Source: Octopus vulgaris
Taxonomy: Eukaryota
Length of the DNA: 64,000 nucleotides
Direction of reading: 5' to 3'
NCBI GenBank assembly: GCA_951406725.2
Contig: OX597816.1
Coordinates: 121,582,001-121,646,000, forward strand
The position numbers and the translations under genes are program-made. Shown one piece after another: positions 27,327 to 40,810 of the stretch (within the stretch, counting starts at the first letter, position 1; each line of letters begins with the position of its first letter). The notes beneath the pieces are model-generated. The model searched no databases, was not told the origin of the DNA, and worked only from the letters and a program-made list of their open reading frames with translations.

Positions 27327-28120
27327 GTATGTATGCGTGTGTGTGTGTGTGTGTGTGGGGTTGTTTACATCTCCATAAGCTATCAGTTCGGCAAATATCT
27401 CCGATACAATAAGTACCAGGTTTAAAAAAGAAAACTACGGGTGTCGATCCATTAGACTAATAAATTCTTGAAGGCGGTGCCCCACCATGGCCATAGTAGA
27501 ATTGACTGGAACAAGTCAAAGACAAAAAATAAAAAGATACCAGAGTAACTTGGGGCTAATGAAAGGAAAGCTTTATATCAACTCAGAACGTTTGATGCAG
27601 TTCCGATAACGGTCAGAGTCAACATCCATTAACAAGGCTGCAAAAGTAACGAAACTTTTGGAAGAAAAAATATAAATAATAAATTAATAGAAATTGAGCA
27701 GATGAGTGCGTTAGATATTAAGGGCAGTATGACTCTCCCCAGACCCAACAAAATTTGTTTCAACACACGAATTCACATAAAGGATCTTGCAAACCAGATT
27801 AAAAAAACGAAGTTTGAAACAAGAGCTAAACTAAAAGTCCGAAAATAACCAAGATATTTGAGACAAACCGATGAAAATGCTTCGGGCAGGCAAAGGGTCA
27901 AATATGGCTAAATATGTTAAAAAGAAGATACGATGATCAGGTCTTTAATGTCGGTCGAACGATATAATAGAGAAATATTTTTTACAACTGGTGCGAAGCC
28001 ATCAGAGTACAAAAGCCACAACTTCATTTGAAACTTAAGTGGACCCTTAAAACCATTCCATGTTTAAGATAATCCTATTATATTTTTATAATTGAATATT
28101 AGGAATTGTATAAAAAATGA

Positions 28121-28274
28121 TTGTGTGGTAAGAAGTTTGCTTCCCAACCACACGGTTTCGGGTTCATTCCCACTGCATGGCACTTTGGACAAGTGTCTTC
28201 TACTGCAGCCTCGGACCAACCAAAACCTTATGAGTGGATTTGGTATCTTGAAACTGAAAGAATCCCGTCTTATA

Positions 28275-28341
<67 letters not shown>

Positions 28342-28555
28342 CGTCTTTGTGTCTGTGTTTGACCCACCCCACAACCACTGCTTGAAATCGGTGTTGGTGT
28401 GATTACGTCTCCATAACTTAACGGTGCGGCAAAAGAGGCCGATAGGATAAGTACTAGGCTTTAAAATATAAGTCCTGGGGTCGATTTGTTCGACTAAAAC
28501 TTTCAAAGCAGTACCCCAGCATGGCCACAATCAAATAACTAAAACAAGTAAATGA
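28121..28555 (+). mobile_element. Composite SINE with internal (TA)n
   Basis: tRNA-like head with GGGTTCATTCCC, CORE-like CTTTGGACAAGTGTCTT, and tail CAGCATGGCCACA..AAACAAGTAAA. Confidence 0.8.
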
Positions 28556-30961
28556 TAAAAGGTAAAAAAAAATTGTAGAAATATAACTAATATATGGTAC
28601 ATTAATTTTAACAACAAAATCTTATATGGACCCCTAACGGTAATGTAGACCCCGGTTGAAAACCAATCGTGTAGATGAACAACTGTCGCAAGTCTAACTG
28701 TGTCTACCTTGCCTGACTCTGCTGTAATAGAGAGAACAATGGAGAGAATGCAAGATGTCAAGACTATCACAGTGCACCCAAAGGAATTCATTACTGTCTG
28801 CCTGTCTGAGTGTGAACTATGGTCTCACTGCGAAGAGACGTGATATAGCTGGGGAAAACATATATGGGTTTTGTGCAGACGTTCAGCCGAATGCCTGCTT
28901 GCCATAAAACTGCATAATAAGAATTAACATCTTATCATTGTTGTGCAACCTCAACTGACTTGAGGTTGCACAACAATAACAACAACATCACTTCTAGCCA
29001 GTGTGAGAGGTTTTAAGCAGTCGCTAGATCTGCTACAAACAACAGCAAAATCTCCTTCAGTTCATACTCTATCTTCTTAAAAAAGTAAGGTCACGTTGGA
29101 CTATATAGTCCTCGATATACAATAGATAAACATAAAAAGAGAAGATGGTCACGGTTGCAACGCCTTTGAATCATAGATCAAATTGTTAGGGGTGACATGA
29201 GGCTAAACAAAAGCAGCAACAGTACCAGTAGCAACAACAACCACAACAAATATTACTAACATTAACTCCAGCACCACTATTCCTAGCATTATTTGCTGAC
29301 TCTTTTTTTTTGTGCTTTAACACGGTTTCTTTTACTTTCACTTCAGAGTTTGTCATGCTTATTTATGACTTTTATTTAATGCATCAGCCACAAATTAGTC
29401 GATCTCAGCTCAGTTCAGTCCAACTCGATTCAATAAAACAACCATCTGACCTTCCATTTCCACAACAAACATCACATTACTTTTACCTCTAATGCAACAA
29501 CAACACTAACATAAGTAAGAACAAGCCAACGACGGAGCTATCTCGTAGTTCAACTTACCAGAAATATCAACCTCTCAAATCACATCCCCTTTTTTTGAGC
29601 TAGGGCTAATCATTGATTTTTTTCACGGGAGAATAAGAATGTGGTTTTTCCGTTCCATTCCACCGGAGGATATTTTACTGAGCATCATTTTGTCCGTTAG
29701 ATATAGAAAATTTTGCCAGCAGGTCAGCTCAGGTCCGAGGGAATGTGCTGTTACAGTTTGTAGCTGCATCCACCGTATGTCAGTATTTGCTCGGGTCGTC
29801 CTGGTTAACCTTCCGAGCAGTGTCCTAATCAGTCCCAAGCTCAGCGAGATACTTCCTCATCCACCGTGACCATGTGGCCGACCAACACCAGCCATCACCC
29901 TAACCATGTCCTCAGAGAAGAGAACACGACAGGTAAAATACAACTCGGAAAACCTAACAACATGACCAAACTATATGAGCTGCACTGATCAATTTGACCT
30001 ACGATCAAAAGCGTTCCAGCCATGCTCTTCTTGCTTTTGTATATCAGAGATTAATTTGTCAAATATATGATTTAAGATACTGGGATATATTCTGAGGATG
30101 CATTAATTAGTACTTCTAACTAGTCAAGCGAGCGTATAAAGATTCTTCTTGAGTCGACAATCAAGTGTGATTTGGTTGTTATTTCTAGCAGATTTAGTGA
30201 ACCAAATAAACGCTTCCTCTTTAACTCTGCTCCCCCGTTGAAATTATATTTGTCTAGAATAGTAAATGACACCGTAGTTAGGACTTCTACTTTTGATGCT
30301 GTTTTGGCTTTTTCAGGGAAGAAAAGTAGGTCTCTATACCTACTTTAAGAAAGGCAGATGGAAGTTATTCACCAAACCAGGCCAGACTAGGTCAGACACC
30401 TGGATTCAATTCATATTGAGCTTAACTCTGCTACAGACACTTAAGGAACCGGGAGCAGTGTTTTACCTCCCGACTGCAGAAAATAATGCTAAGGTGCAAT
30501 GGTGAGGAGTAGCAACCAATTTTTGGGGGGTTAGTTTTAGAAGAGTGGGTATTGTGGATTGATAAACTAGAATTGGTAGAGCGTCAGCTAAATTGCAATA
30601 GGGTATTTAGTTAGGTCTCTTTTGAGAGCCCAAATTCTGCTGATGCCAACTTTGCTATTTTTTATCTTCTTGAAGGATAAATACTAATCTCATATTGGTT
30701 TGATTTAATTGGCTAATCCCGTTCCTACTCTCCTATGATAGAAATCAATATTTAGTTAAATTACTTTATTAGTATAGAAGTAAAACTACTTAAGTTACTA
30801 TGTAGTTGTGAGGACAAAGGCCTCCTTCAGGGGCAGTGAAAAGTTTTGGTGCATCCTTTCAGAATGAACGGCAGTGCTTTCCATAAAGAAGGAATTTTTT
30901 CCGAAACATCAGAAACTTCACCTCCCAACAGCTTACCAATTTGTGTATACCAATGAATATA

Positions 30962-31211
30962 TTGGGTTGGTGCATAATTATTGCGGCTTTTTTCAACAAA
31001 GTTTATTCAGAAAAAACAATAACAACATGTAACAAAAACACCTTTAAATGATTATTCCGGGGCATATTCACCATCTACTTCAATTACTGCTTCCCATTTG
31101 CTTGGCTGACGGTTAGGCCCTCATTTAAAGGTGTTTTTGTTAGATATTGTTATTGCTTTTGTTGAATAAGATTTGTTGAAAAAAAGCCGCAATAATTATG
31201 CACCAACCCAA
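30962..31211. mobile_element. Mariner-derived MITE with TA TSD
   Basis: TIR TTGGGTTGGTGCATAATTATTGCGGCTTTTTT at both ends, with TA at 30960-61 and 31212-13. The interior minus strand reads GLNRQPSKWEAVIEVDGEYAPE* (mariner C-terminus). Confidence 0.92.
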
Positions 31212-32090
31212 TACTATTCGCTGACGTATACCGCTCTCTCCTTGGATTCTGTTGTTTTTCTTTTTTCTATTTCTTCCTTTATTAATGTCACTTTATTTTG
31301 GCGAAGTGTAAGACGACAGGATCAGTTAAGTGATGGAACAAATGTCATGGAACATTGGGGTACATCACTACATTTGAATTCAAACTTCACCATCTTGAAT
31401 TTGCCTTCATCTTTCCGATGTCAATGAAACAGATGCCTAAATACTGGAGTATAATTAATCGACTACTTCGTTTAGACAAAAGCATCTGGCCTTGTGCTAA
31501 TATTAGAAATCATTGTACTCTTGCTCTTATAACTTGATTTCATTGAATAATTTAGCGTAGGTCTATATACTTTGTTTTGCTCTGATTTGTGTGCTGTGTT
31601 GCTTTGGAAGTGCTTTACGTTATCATCTGTGCAGTTCTTAATAGTGGTAATTTATGTTATATATGTGTGCGAATTCTAAGGTCTGGGTTGTGTAGTTCTC
31701 TGCATACTTATCATCAGTCTCGAACACTTATGATTACGGCGATCATTTCTGTTTTCAATCCCTTTTTTTTTTTACATCTATTTGCAGAACATTAGATATG
31801 GTTAGTTTCTTCATTTTTCACGGGGAAATATCAGTTTCGTTGATATTGTTTATTGATTAGGAGATATTTCTTAGCAATAACACACGCTAACACCCTATCT
31901 TAAAAGGTAACGATTTGGCAGTGACGTAGTTTTTATATAGATAGATTACTTATTATATTTAGCATAAGAAGAACGCAGAAAATGGTGAAATACATCAATC
32001 TTGGAATGTAAATGACAGAGAAGAGTTTGAATTGAAAGGATTCTTCGTTGGCTCGAAACAAAAATTGTCGACACTTTTATTCTGTTTATG

Positions 32091-32150
<60 letters not shown>

Positions 32151-32267
32151 TATATATATATAAAGTTTTAAGTATTATATATATATAGTATTTAAGTATA
32201 TATATATATATTATATATATATTATATATATATATATAAATATTCATATATTATATATAATTGTAAA

Positions 32268-32332
<65 letters not shown>

Positions 32333-32383
32333 TTTTAATTTTACAACTTATGTCGCTTTATAGTTTAACATTTTTTAATTGCA

Positions 32384-32873
32384 GATTGCTCAAGGATGTC
32401 CCCTGGTGGCGACCACCGCGGACTGTTGGTCGGCCCACAACAGGTCCTACTTGGAGATGAAGGTACACTGGCTGTACCCTAAGACCCACACCAGACAACA
32501 TGCCGTCCTAGCCTGCTTTCAGAGGACTTCACACCATTGATTATCTCACCCAGGCCATGGTGGACACTTATTACAAGTTCCATCTGCAAGACAAGGTGAC
32601 CAGGACCACGACGACGGACAACGGCGAAAACCTTGTTAAAGCATTTATACAGTTTAGAACAGAAGCTGAACCCTTGCCAGACATTCCTGAGGCTGCTGTT
32701 GATCTAGACGTGGAGGGCGTTGGGAATGTGGAGCTGGACGTGGACCCCGATGCTGGGGATGTGGTCGAAGTTGAGTACATCCCTGTTGACGCCGTCTTTG
32801 ACGAGTCCAAAGGCCTGGACCTCAACCTGCCAGTGCGCATGAAGTGCGCCGCCTATACCTTCAACTTGGTAGC

Positions 32874-32876
<3 letters not shown>
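32384..32876 (+). mobile_element. hAT (Ac-like) transposase catalytic-domain fragment
   Basis: ATTADCWSAHNRSYL...HW..AVLAC, a frameshift, then HTIDYL...TTDNGENLVKAF...KCAAYTFNLVA. Preceded by a splice-acceptor-like ttttttaattgcag. Confidence 0.85.
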
Positions 32877-32905
<29 letters not shown>

Positions 32906-33507
32906 CATACATACATACATACATACATACATACATACATACATACATACATACATACATACATACATACATACATACATACATACATACATACATACAT
33001 ACATACATACATACATACATACATACGTACAGATGCGCACACACACACACTCATACACACACACATATACACGCATACGTATTCAGTGATACTGATCAAT
33101 TGCCTCTTGACCAATGCGTCCCACCTGTGAAAAAAAAAAGAAAAACGAAACAAAGAACCTTATAAAAACGAATCAAATCCACGACCTTTTGCCTTTCCTC
33201 ATTATTAAAGTACGATTGTAATAAATACTCAACATTCTTTGCAGGTAATGTGATTTATATCCGGTGTATATAAACACAAGGATTTGTATACACAGACGTT
33301 TTTCTCTCTTAGGCGTAAATTACTCTTAAGAAAACAAAAAGCGCAACAAGATGTTATAACTACAAAGGCGATGGATGACAGATACAGTAGAGGGTGGGCA
33401 AAAATATCTAACGGTGTTTTGTTATGTCACATTAAGTTCTGAGTTTAAAACCCGCCGATGCCAACTTTTCCTTTCGTTCATCCAAATTTTGGGAGGTGAA
33501 TAAAATA

Positions 33508-34090
33508 TCCCTTCTGCTAAAGGGACAAGGCCTGAAATTTGTGGGGAGGGGACTAGTCGATTACATCGACCCCAGTGAAACACTGGTACTTAATTTATCG
33601 ACCCCCGAAGGATGAAAGGCAAAGTCGACTTCGGCGGAATTTGAACTCAGAACGTAAAGACAGACGAAATACCTATTTCTTTACTACCCACAAGGGGCTA
33701 AACACAAAGAGGACAAACAAGGACAGACAAACGGATTAAGTCGATTATATCGACACCAGTACGTAACTGGTACTTAATTTATCGACCCCGAAAGGGTGAA
33801 AGGCAAAGTCGTCATCGGCGGAATTTGAACTCAGAACGTAGCGGCAGACGAAATACCTATTTCTTTACTACCCACAAGGGGCTAAACACAGAGAGGACAA
33901 ACAAGGACAAATAAATGGATTAAGTTGATTTTATCGACACCAGTGCGTAACTGGTACTTAATTTATCGACCCCGAAAGGATGAAAGGCAAAGTCGACCTC
34001 GGCGGAATTTGAACTCAGAACGTAACGGCAGACGAAATACGGCTACGCATTTCGCCCGGCGTGCTACCGTTTCTGCCAGCTCGCTGCTAA
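33508..34090 (-). mobile_element. Abundant-family SINE with ~183-bp internal tandem triplication
   Basis: Three near-identical GTCGATT..ATCGAC..CTGGTACTTAATTTATCGACCCC..GAACTCAGAACGTA units. Confidence 0.88.
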
Positions 34091-34379
34091 GCATTTTGAT
34101 CGGCGTGCTCGCCAGCACGCGTCCTTAGGAGGTGAATAAAATATAATAGCAGTCAAGTATTGGAATTAAATGACCCGATTTATCTCTCATCGAAACTATC
34201 GACCTTGTGCTTATGCAAGAAAACACCCCCAGCCAAATGCCTTTCTCTCAAATCACATTGTACCATATATACAAAATGATGAGGTGGCCACAGCTGGAGT
34301 GCCTTTGCTCAAAGTGTTGCTCGATTAGAGCTGACTTTGGGTAAAACGACAACAAACTGTTAATATTACAAATCAAAGT

Positions 34380-34785
34380 AAGGCAACGAGCTGGCAGAAT
34401 CTTTTACACGCCGGGCAAAATACTTAGCGGCATTTCGTCTGTCGTTTTTTAATGCACTGAGCTCAAATTCCGCCGATGTCAAATTTGTTTTCCATCATTT
34501 CGGGGTCGATAAAAATAAGTACCAGTTGAATACAATTGATTAATGTAATCGACTTACCCCATCCTTCGTAACTACTGGCCTTGTACCAAAATTTGAAATC
34601 ATTATTACGAGTCAACGCAAGGCAGCAAACTGGTAGAATCACAAGTGTTAAGTAGCATTACTGCTGTCTCTTTACGTTCTGGGTTCAAATACCGCTGAAG
34701 TCAACTTTGCCGTACTCGATGTAATCGACTTGTCCCATCCACTCAAAACTGCTGGCCTTGTGCCAAAATTAGAAACAATTATTAC
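34380..34785 (+). mobile_element. Two tandem abundant-family SINE copies
   Basis: Heads at ~34380 and ~34619, with a related spacer motif repeated at the junctions. Confidence 0.75.
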
Positions 34786-35604
34786 GAATCGAAATGTTCA
34801 TCATACAGACAGCGACTTGCTAGAAACGGTAGTCAAATCGCTTTCAAATCACATATTCTCTCTTTAAAACAATACAAAACAGAGAGGTCACTTTAGATTA
34901 TACTTATAAAGAAAACACGAAATGGTTTTGATTTTAATACTTTCAATCATATATTTGGTCAAGGCTAATTTTAAAATGAAGATTGCCCCACTACTTGTCT
35001 TTGACATAGCAGGATAGGCAGTGTTCCTCTGTCTAGTGACTATGACAAAAGAGTTTGTGTGGTGGACAAAGCTAAAAGGATTTAAGGACTGGCATCATCT
35101 TCGGACAAGCCCACATCGACTTTTTCAAGTACCACTTGGAAAAGAAAGTGCAGATGGAGAGGGGAAGTGCTCTCCACCAACGAATTTGTCAAAAAGTGGG
35201 TACTATGGCAAAAATGGTAAGGACGAATGGAACTATTTTAATTATACGCTTGCAGAATGGAGAACAACAGTTGAGTGTGGTCTTGTGCCCTTGGCGGTCA
35301 GTGCGATGCTGGATCAGTAGTGTTTCTTGCTTGGCTCCAGCTGGAGGCTCTCCTGTATCAGAAGGACAGAATCATCCTTGTGTTCACACACTTCGCATTT
35401 TCTTTAACTCATATCCATATCCTCTCTTCTCCTTCCCTCTCGTTATAATTTTTTTTTTTGTAAGCTCTGCTCAAATTGTATACTGTCTTTATAATGTCCC
35501 TCTCATCCAATACTGTTATAGCAAATAAACGAAATCATAATCTTTGCTGCTGCTGCTCTTGCTGCTGCTCTTACTGCTCCTGCCGCTGCTGCTGCTGCTG
35601 ATGG

Positions 35605-35989
35605 ATGGAAGCACTCCGTCGGTTACGACGATGAGGGTTCCGGTTGATCCGACCAACGGAACAGCCTGCTCGTGAAATTAACGTGTAAGTGGCTGAGCAC
35701 TCCACAAACACGTGTACCCTCAACGTAGTTCTCGGGGATATTCAGCGTGACACAGAGAGTGACAAGGCCGGCCCTTTGAAATACAGGTACAACAGAAACA
35801 GGAAGAAAGAGTGAGAGAAAGTTGTGGTGAAAGAGTACAGCAGGGATCACCACCATCCCCTGCCGGAGCCTCGTGGAGCTTTAGGTGTTTTCGCTCAATA
35901 AACACTCACAACGCCCGGTCTGGGAATCGAAACCGCGATCCTACGACCGCGAGTCCGCTGCCCTAATCACTGGGCCATTGCGCCTCCAC
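35605..35989 (-). mobile_element. Full-length tRNA-derived SINE with 18-bp TSD
   Basis: Head GTGGAGGCGCAATGGCCCAGTG and B box GGTTTCGATTCC. TSD tgctgctgctgctgatgg at 35587-35604 and 35990-36007. Confidence 0.9.
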
Positions 35990-36716
35990 TGCTGCTGCTG
36001 CTGATGGTGATGAATATGTTGTTATTGTTTTGATACGATTGGACGTGTTCTGTTTTGGCCCTCACTGACTGTGGATTATTACCAGGTGAAGACACGAGGA
36101 AGAACATTTTTGATGCACAATTTCTAAATAGGGAAAGCGAGATTTTAGTTGTTTACCGTCATTTTTCTTTGTCTGGATTTTAACAAAAATGAGGAGATAA
36201 TGTTTGTTCCTTTCTACCACTTGTAAAAAAATAAAATGGCTACAGCTTTTAAAAACGCCTCCTCAAAAATGTTGCACAAAACAAACACTTATTTAAAGAC
36301 GGTAAGCAGGGGAATAAAGAGAAAATCGTCAAAAATAATGTTGAAGAAAATAAATAGTAACATTTTGAAAAAGAAAATTATACGAATGAAATTGATTTTG
36401 TCGACTCGTTTAATAATAATAATAGCAAGGGTAAAACAATAGAGTTCTTCACACACACTTTTGCAAGTACTACGTTCCATAAAATATTCTGAACATAAAC
36501 AGATCCTATCAGGTATGGGTTAGATGAGGAACAGGTTGTTAGGTGGTGGGGGTTAGAATAGACTTACAAGTTATTATGCTCCATCAAGACCATAGAGCTA
36601 TCTAGGAGTTGTGCTCTGTTATGGGCAGAGAAACTCAAGCAATGAGACGGGCGGTGCAATGCAGAGAGCCCACTTATTGAAGAAGGTCACTTGCTGGTTT
36701 TTTGCACCGAAGAGCT

Positions 36717-36759
<43 letters not shown>

Positions 36760-37332
36760 GGCAGAGACAGATGATCTCTTCGTCCTCAATTACAGAGCGG
36801 ATGATTCTAAGCTGTACAATCCCATTTTCTTGCAAGGATGAGAAGCAAATAGGAGTCGTGTGGAATTGGCAGAAAATAAAAGAAAATGAAAAAGACAAAA
36901 GCGACCGTCCCGTCAGAAAGCTGTATCGAGAGTAGAAGAGAAGCATTGACAGTGGAAAACATGAAATTTTAAGGTTGAAGAGAGAATAACTAAAAGCTGA
37001 ACACATTGTTATTTGAATTGGATGAGAAGGCAATCAATACAAGGAAAGAAAGGTAATTGAGGTATTGCAACTCAAGCAGTAGTGATCTTTTACAGCAAAG
37101 TAATCTGCCAACAATCAACCGTCCACGTTAGACGCTATAATCTTACAAGCGAAAAGACAAGTTTGTTTACATTTAAGTCGTAATCGTAACGATAGAAGCA
37201 TCGAGAAATATGCAAACAAATTGTCTAAATACGGTAAGTCTTCAATGGTGATCCTGAGATAAATACATACATGTTGATGTTTCGATTGTTACGATCTGAA
37301 TATCTGAGATACATATATATATTTTTCTAATT

Positions 37333-37363
<31 letters not shown>

Positions 37364-37450
37364 TTGTGTAATTTGATTTAGTATTTCTAAATTGAATTTT
37401 TCCCTGTAAGTTTGGAATAATATCCTCTCATATTATATATATATATATAC

Positions 37451-38669
37451 GGAGAATTCACAAAAAAAACAAAAAAAAAACAAAAGACGAAGTCAGATGG
37501 TGTAGACAACAAATAGATGTATTAGTTTAACGCTCGGGAAGTGAAAAAGTCTAACGTTTCAAGCCTACGCTCTTCCACAGAAAACAACACAGAGAGAAAC
37601 AAGGAGAGAAAATAAAGAATGTGTAGTGGCTAGCGATCTGTCATGGCGAAGGCCGGACAGAGGGATCACAAAGGAGAGCTAGAAGGAAGGGGAGATAATG
37701 AAGTAGTGGTGATCCCAAAATGAAGGTGTACGTGCGTGTGTATAAGAGAATTTGTATGTGCGTGTGGAAGAGGGCTGGTGACCGTGATGTGTGCGTGCGT
37801 GTATCTGTAGGTGTGTGGATGTGGAGCTGGGGAGTGGTCAGTGCTAGTTTGTGCGTGGTAGTGTGATGTGGTGTTGTGTGGTATGGTGGTGTATGGTGTA
37901 GTGGTGTGTGGTGTGATGGTGATGGGAGGTGGGGGAGGCGAGAGTGGGGAAAGCAAGGGTGGGATAGAGATGGGGGTATGTGAGTGGGCTGAGGGTGGGG
38001 GTAGAGGTGGGGTGGGATGAATAGGGAAGGTGGGTTGATGTGTAGGGATGGGGTGGGGTTACGAGGGAGGGGTGACGATGAAGGAGGCAAGGGAGAAGGT
38101 GGGTAGCAGTGAAGAGAAGAGAGAAGGAGAGTAGGAGTGAAGAGAAGTAGGAGAGGTGGGTGGGAGGAAGTAGGTGTGAGGGGAAGAGAGGAGATGGGAG
38201 GAGGTTAGATGAAGAGGGGGAGGAGAGTTGAGCCCATGTGGCGCAAAGGAGCGAAGAGAGAAGATTAATCCTTGTTCACGGCGCAAACGGGAGTCTGGAT
38301 GGCCCCTGTGCAAGGACAATCCGAACACAGACAAGTGTTGCAAAGAGTGACCGGTAGAGCGGGAATGGCGTGAGACCGGGGTGCCATTGCCGAGGCGGAT
38401 ATCTCGGAGGTGTTCCGCGAACCGGTCAGCCAAGTGGCGTCCCGTTTGCCCGATGTATAGAGAAGAGCAAAGAGAGTACTTCGCCCTGATAGATTGCAAG
38501 CCACTACGCATTCTTTATTTTCTCTCCTAGTTTCTTTCTGTGTTCCTTTCTGTGGAAGAGCGTAGGCTTGAAACGTTAAAGACTTTTTCACTTCCCAAGC
38601 GTTAAACTAATACATATGTTTGTTATCTACACTATCTGTCTTCGTCTTTTGCTTCTTTTTGTGAATTCT

Positions 38670-38671
<2 letters not shown>
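37451..38671 (-). mobile_element. Penelope-like element (Neptune-like), 5'-truncated, with inverted terminal repeats, in (TA)n
   Basis: GIY-YIG C-terminal half LYIGQTGRHLADRFAEHL..PVSRH..REQGLIFSL..PHGLN (38220-38475). Inverted arms 37451-37642 / 38488-38671. (TA)n on both sides. Confidence 0.9.
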
Positions 38672-38724
<53 letters not shown>

Positions 38725-38727
38725 GAA

Positions 38728-38939
38728 AGGGTGGCCCAAAAGTAGGTCTACAGTTATCACGTAGGCATCCTAAATTTCTTTTAAAATATTTTATTATATT
38801 TAAATTTCTATCTTACAATTAACTAAATTAGCATAGAATAATGGTTTCATATTTTTTTTAATAATTAATATCTAAACTGTTAACATATGAATGCGAAAGA
38901 GATAGTTGAAAAACTGTAAACCTACTTTTGGGCCACGCT
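38728..38939. mobile_element. Tc1/mariner-type MITE
   Basis: TIR agggtggcccaaaagtaggtctacagtt / aactgtaaacctacttttgggccacgct in a TA context. Confidence 0.75.
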
Positions 38940-39234
38940 ATATATATTTTATCATATTTTATCAGAAAATATAAAACCCTTTTGAATGCGTCCACTACAA
39001 ATGACACAATAACAATCGCCTTCGAATTATACCCACGCAAATATTAAAAACGATATATTCAGAACAGTCACTACCCAAGAATTTATTCAGAACAATTCCA
39101 ATCACTACTATTATAACCACAACGGGTCACTTTTAGGTCACTTGACCATTTAAGAGAATTTCACCATAAAGAGGATTCTACTACTGCCATACCACTTCCG
39201 CATTTTTATTATTCGTTCTCTTTTCCTACTCCAT

Positions 39235-39328
39235 CTTCTTCTTCTTCTTCTTCTTCTTCTTCTTCTTCTTCTTCTTCTTCTTCTTCTTCTTCTTCTTCTT
39301 CTTCTTCTTCTTCTTCTTCTTCTTCTTC
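39235..39328. repeat. (CTT)n microsatellite
   Basis: Direct reading. Confidence 0.95.
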
Positions 39329-40459
39329 AGCTACTACTGCTGTTTAAACAATCAAAACCAAGAACTCATATCAAATATTAGGACTGCTACTACCTGCTAC
39401 CTGCTACCAAACCCTCACAAGAGTAAAATGAGAGATAAATTCAATATTTTTCACTAGAGCACACATATTCTATTAATCTTCACAAGAAAAATGTTAACAG
39501 TGACTTCGAACTTTCAGCCTTACTAGCCGTCATGAGACTAACTAATGCCGAAATTTCGAAGTCACTTTGAACAACTTCCTTACAAAATTTAATACATGTA
39601 TACACGCACATACGCATTTGTGCACATGTATTCCTTTATTATTTGACTAAATTTATGAGAAAAGAACAGGCAGCCGCTCAGCAAGGACTATTTCGATAAA
39701 TTATATTGAAATTCTGAAAAATGGTTAAATGAAACATTCTGACGACATTCTTACATGCTCAGCTGCGTTTCTGTCTAAATATTTTCTATTGTTTAGCATT
39801 CTAATACTACTCCTTATTTGGACATTCTGAATACAAAAGTAGACCCATAAAAGTAACATAAAATTTTAATTTTTCATTTATTGCCCGTTAATATTTCTTA
39901 TTTCATATTCGTTTTCTACATATGTCCACCGAGCAATGAATTCCAACTAAGTTTCTCATATCTTCTTGCTTAATGGTGGGAACAGTAGCCATTCTATTAT
40001 CTATTATCTATTATCCCGATTTACTAAGGCTTTTCGTTTCTTTTTCAATGTTTTATTGCTATTACTCAGTAGTGCTACTTGCTCTTAGTTCTGTGTAATA
40101 CTTAACACCTAAATAAAACATCACATATACAGAGGCAGCACACGTTTACACACACAAGCACCAACTCGCGCGCGCGTACAGTACTAATTTTATTAGATGA
40201 ATCCATTTCTTCGTAAATAAATATTTTCTTTTGGAAAGAATATATTTATATATGAGACACAACAATGCACAGCATCAACATTTATATAAAGTAGATGATA
40301 ATGCTAATTTCTTTGTATTTGTTGCAAATTTAGATGAGAAAAATATTGTCGACTGCATAGACAACATGCTACATACTTTATCGATATCAGAGGACAGAAG
40401 ATAAAGTTAACCTCAGCCGGATTTGAACTGCCGTTTGATGGTGTATAAGTACTCAACGG

Positions 40460-40810
40460 TGCGAAAAATCAAAGATATTGAGACTGATAGATTTAAGTAT
40501 CTGGGTGTTTTGGAATATGACAAAATGAAGGAAAATGAAACTAAGGAAATCTTTAGGCGAGAATATCTCAGAAGAACCAAATTAATTATGGGAAGTAGAC
40601 TCAATGGAAAAGCAAGATCAGAACACATGGGCTGTTTCCTTGAGGTGATATGGCGCAGGTGTTGTTAGCTGGACAAAGAATGAGCTTGAGGAAACGTACA
40701 GGAAAACTAGAAAAGTGAGGACAATTAACAAGGAACTACACCCAAAAAGCGATTTTGACAGGTTGTATGTGCCTAGGAACAAAGGGGGAAGAGGCCTCGT
40801 CAGATGCAAG
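40460..40810 (+). mobile_element. R4-clade LINE internal fragment
   Basis: FKYLGVLEYDKMKE..EYLRRTKLIMGSRLNG and HPKSDFDRLYVPRNKGGRGL. Confidence 0.75.

Noticed and set aside
33508-34090. Regularly spaced repeats suggestive of a CRISPR array
   Set aside because: Units are ~183-bp SINE duplications with no unique spacers. The context is eukaryotic and there are no cas genes.
36540-37080. Possible LINE endonuclease remnant (SYYAP)
   Set aside because: A single weak motif with no supporting neighbours.
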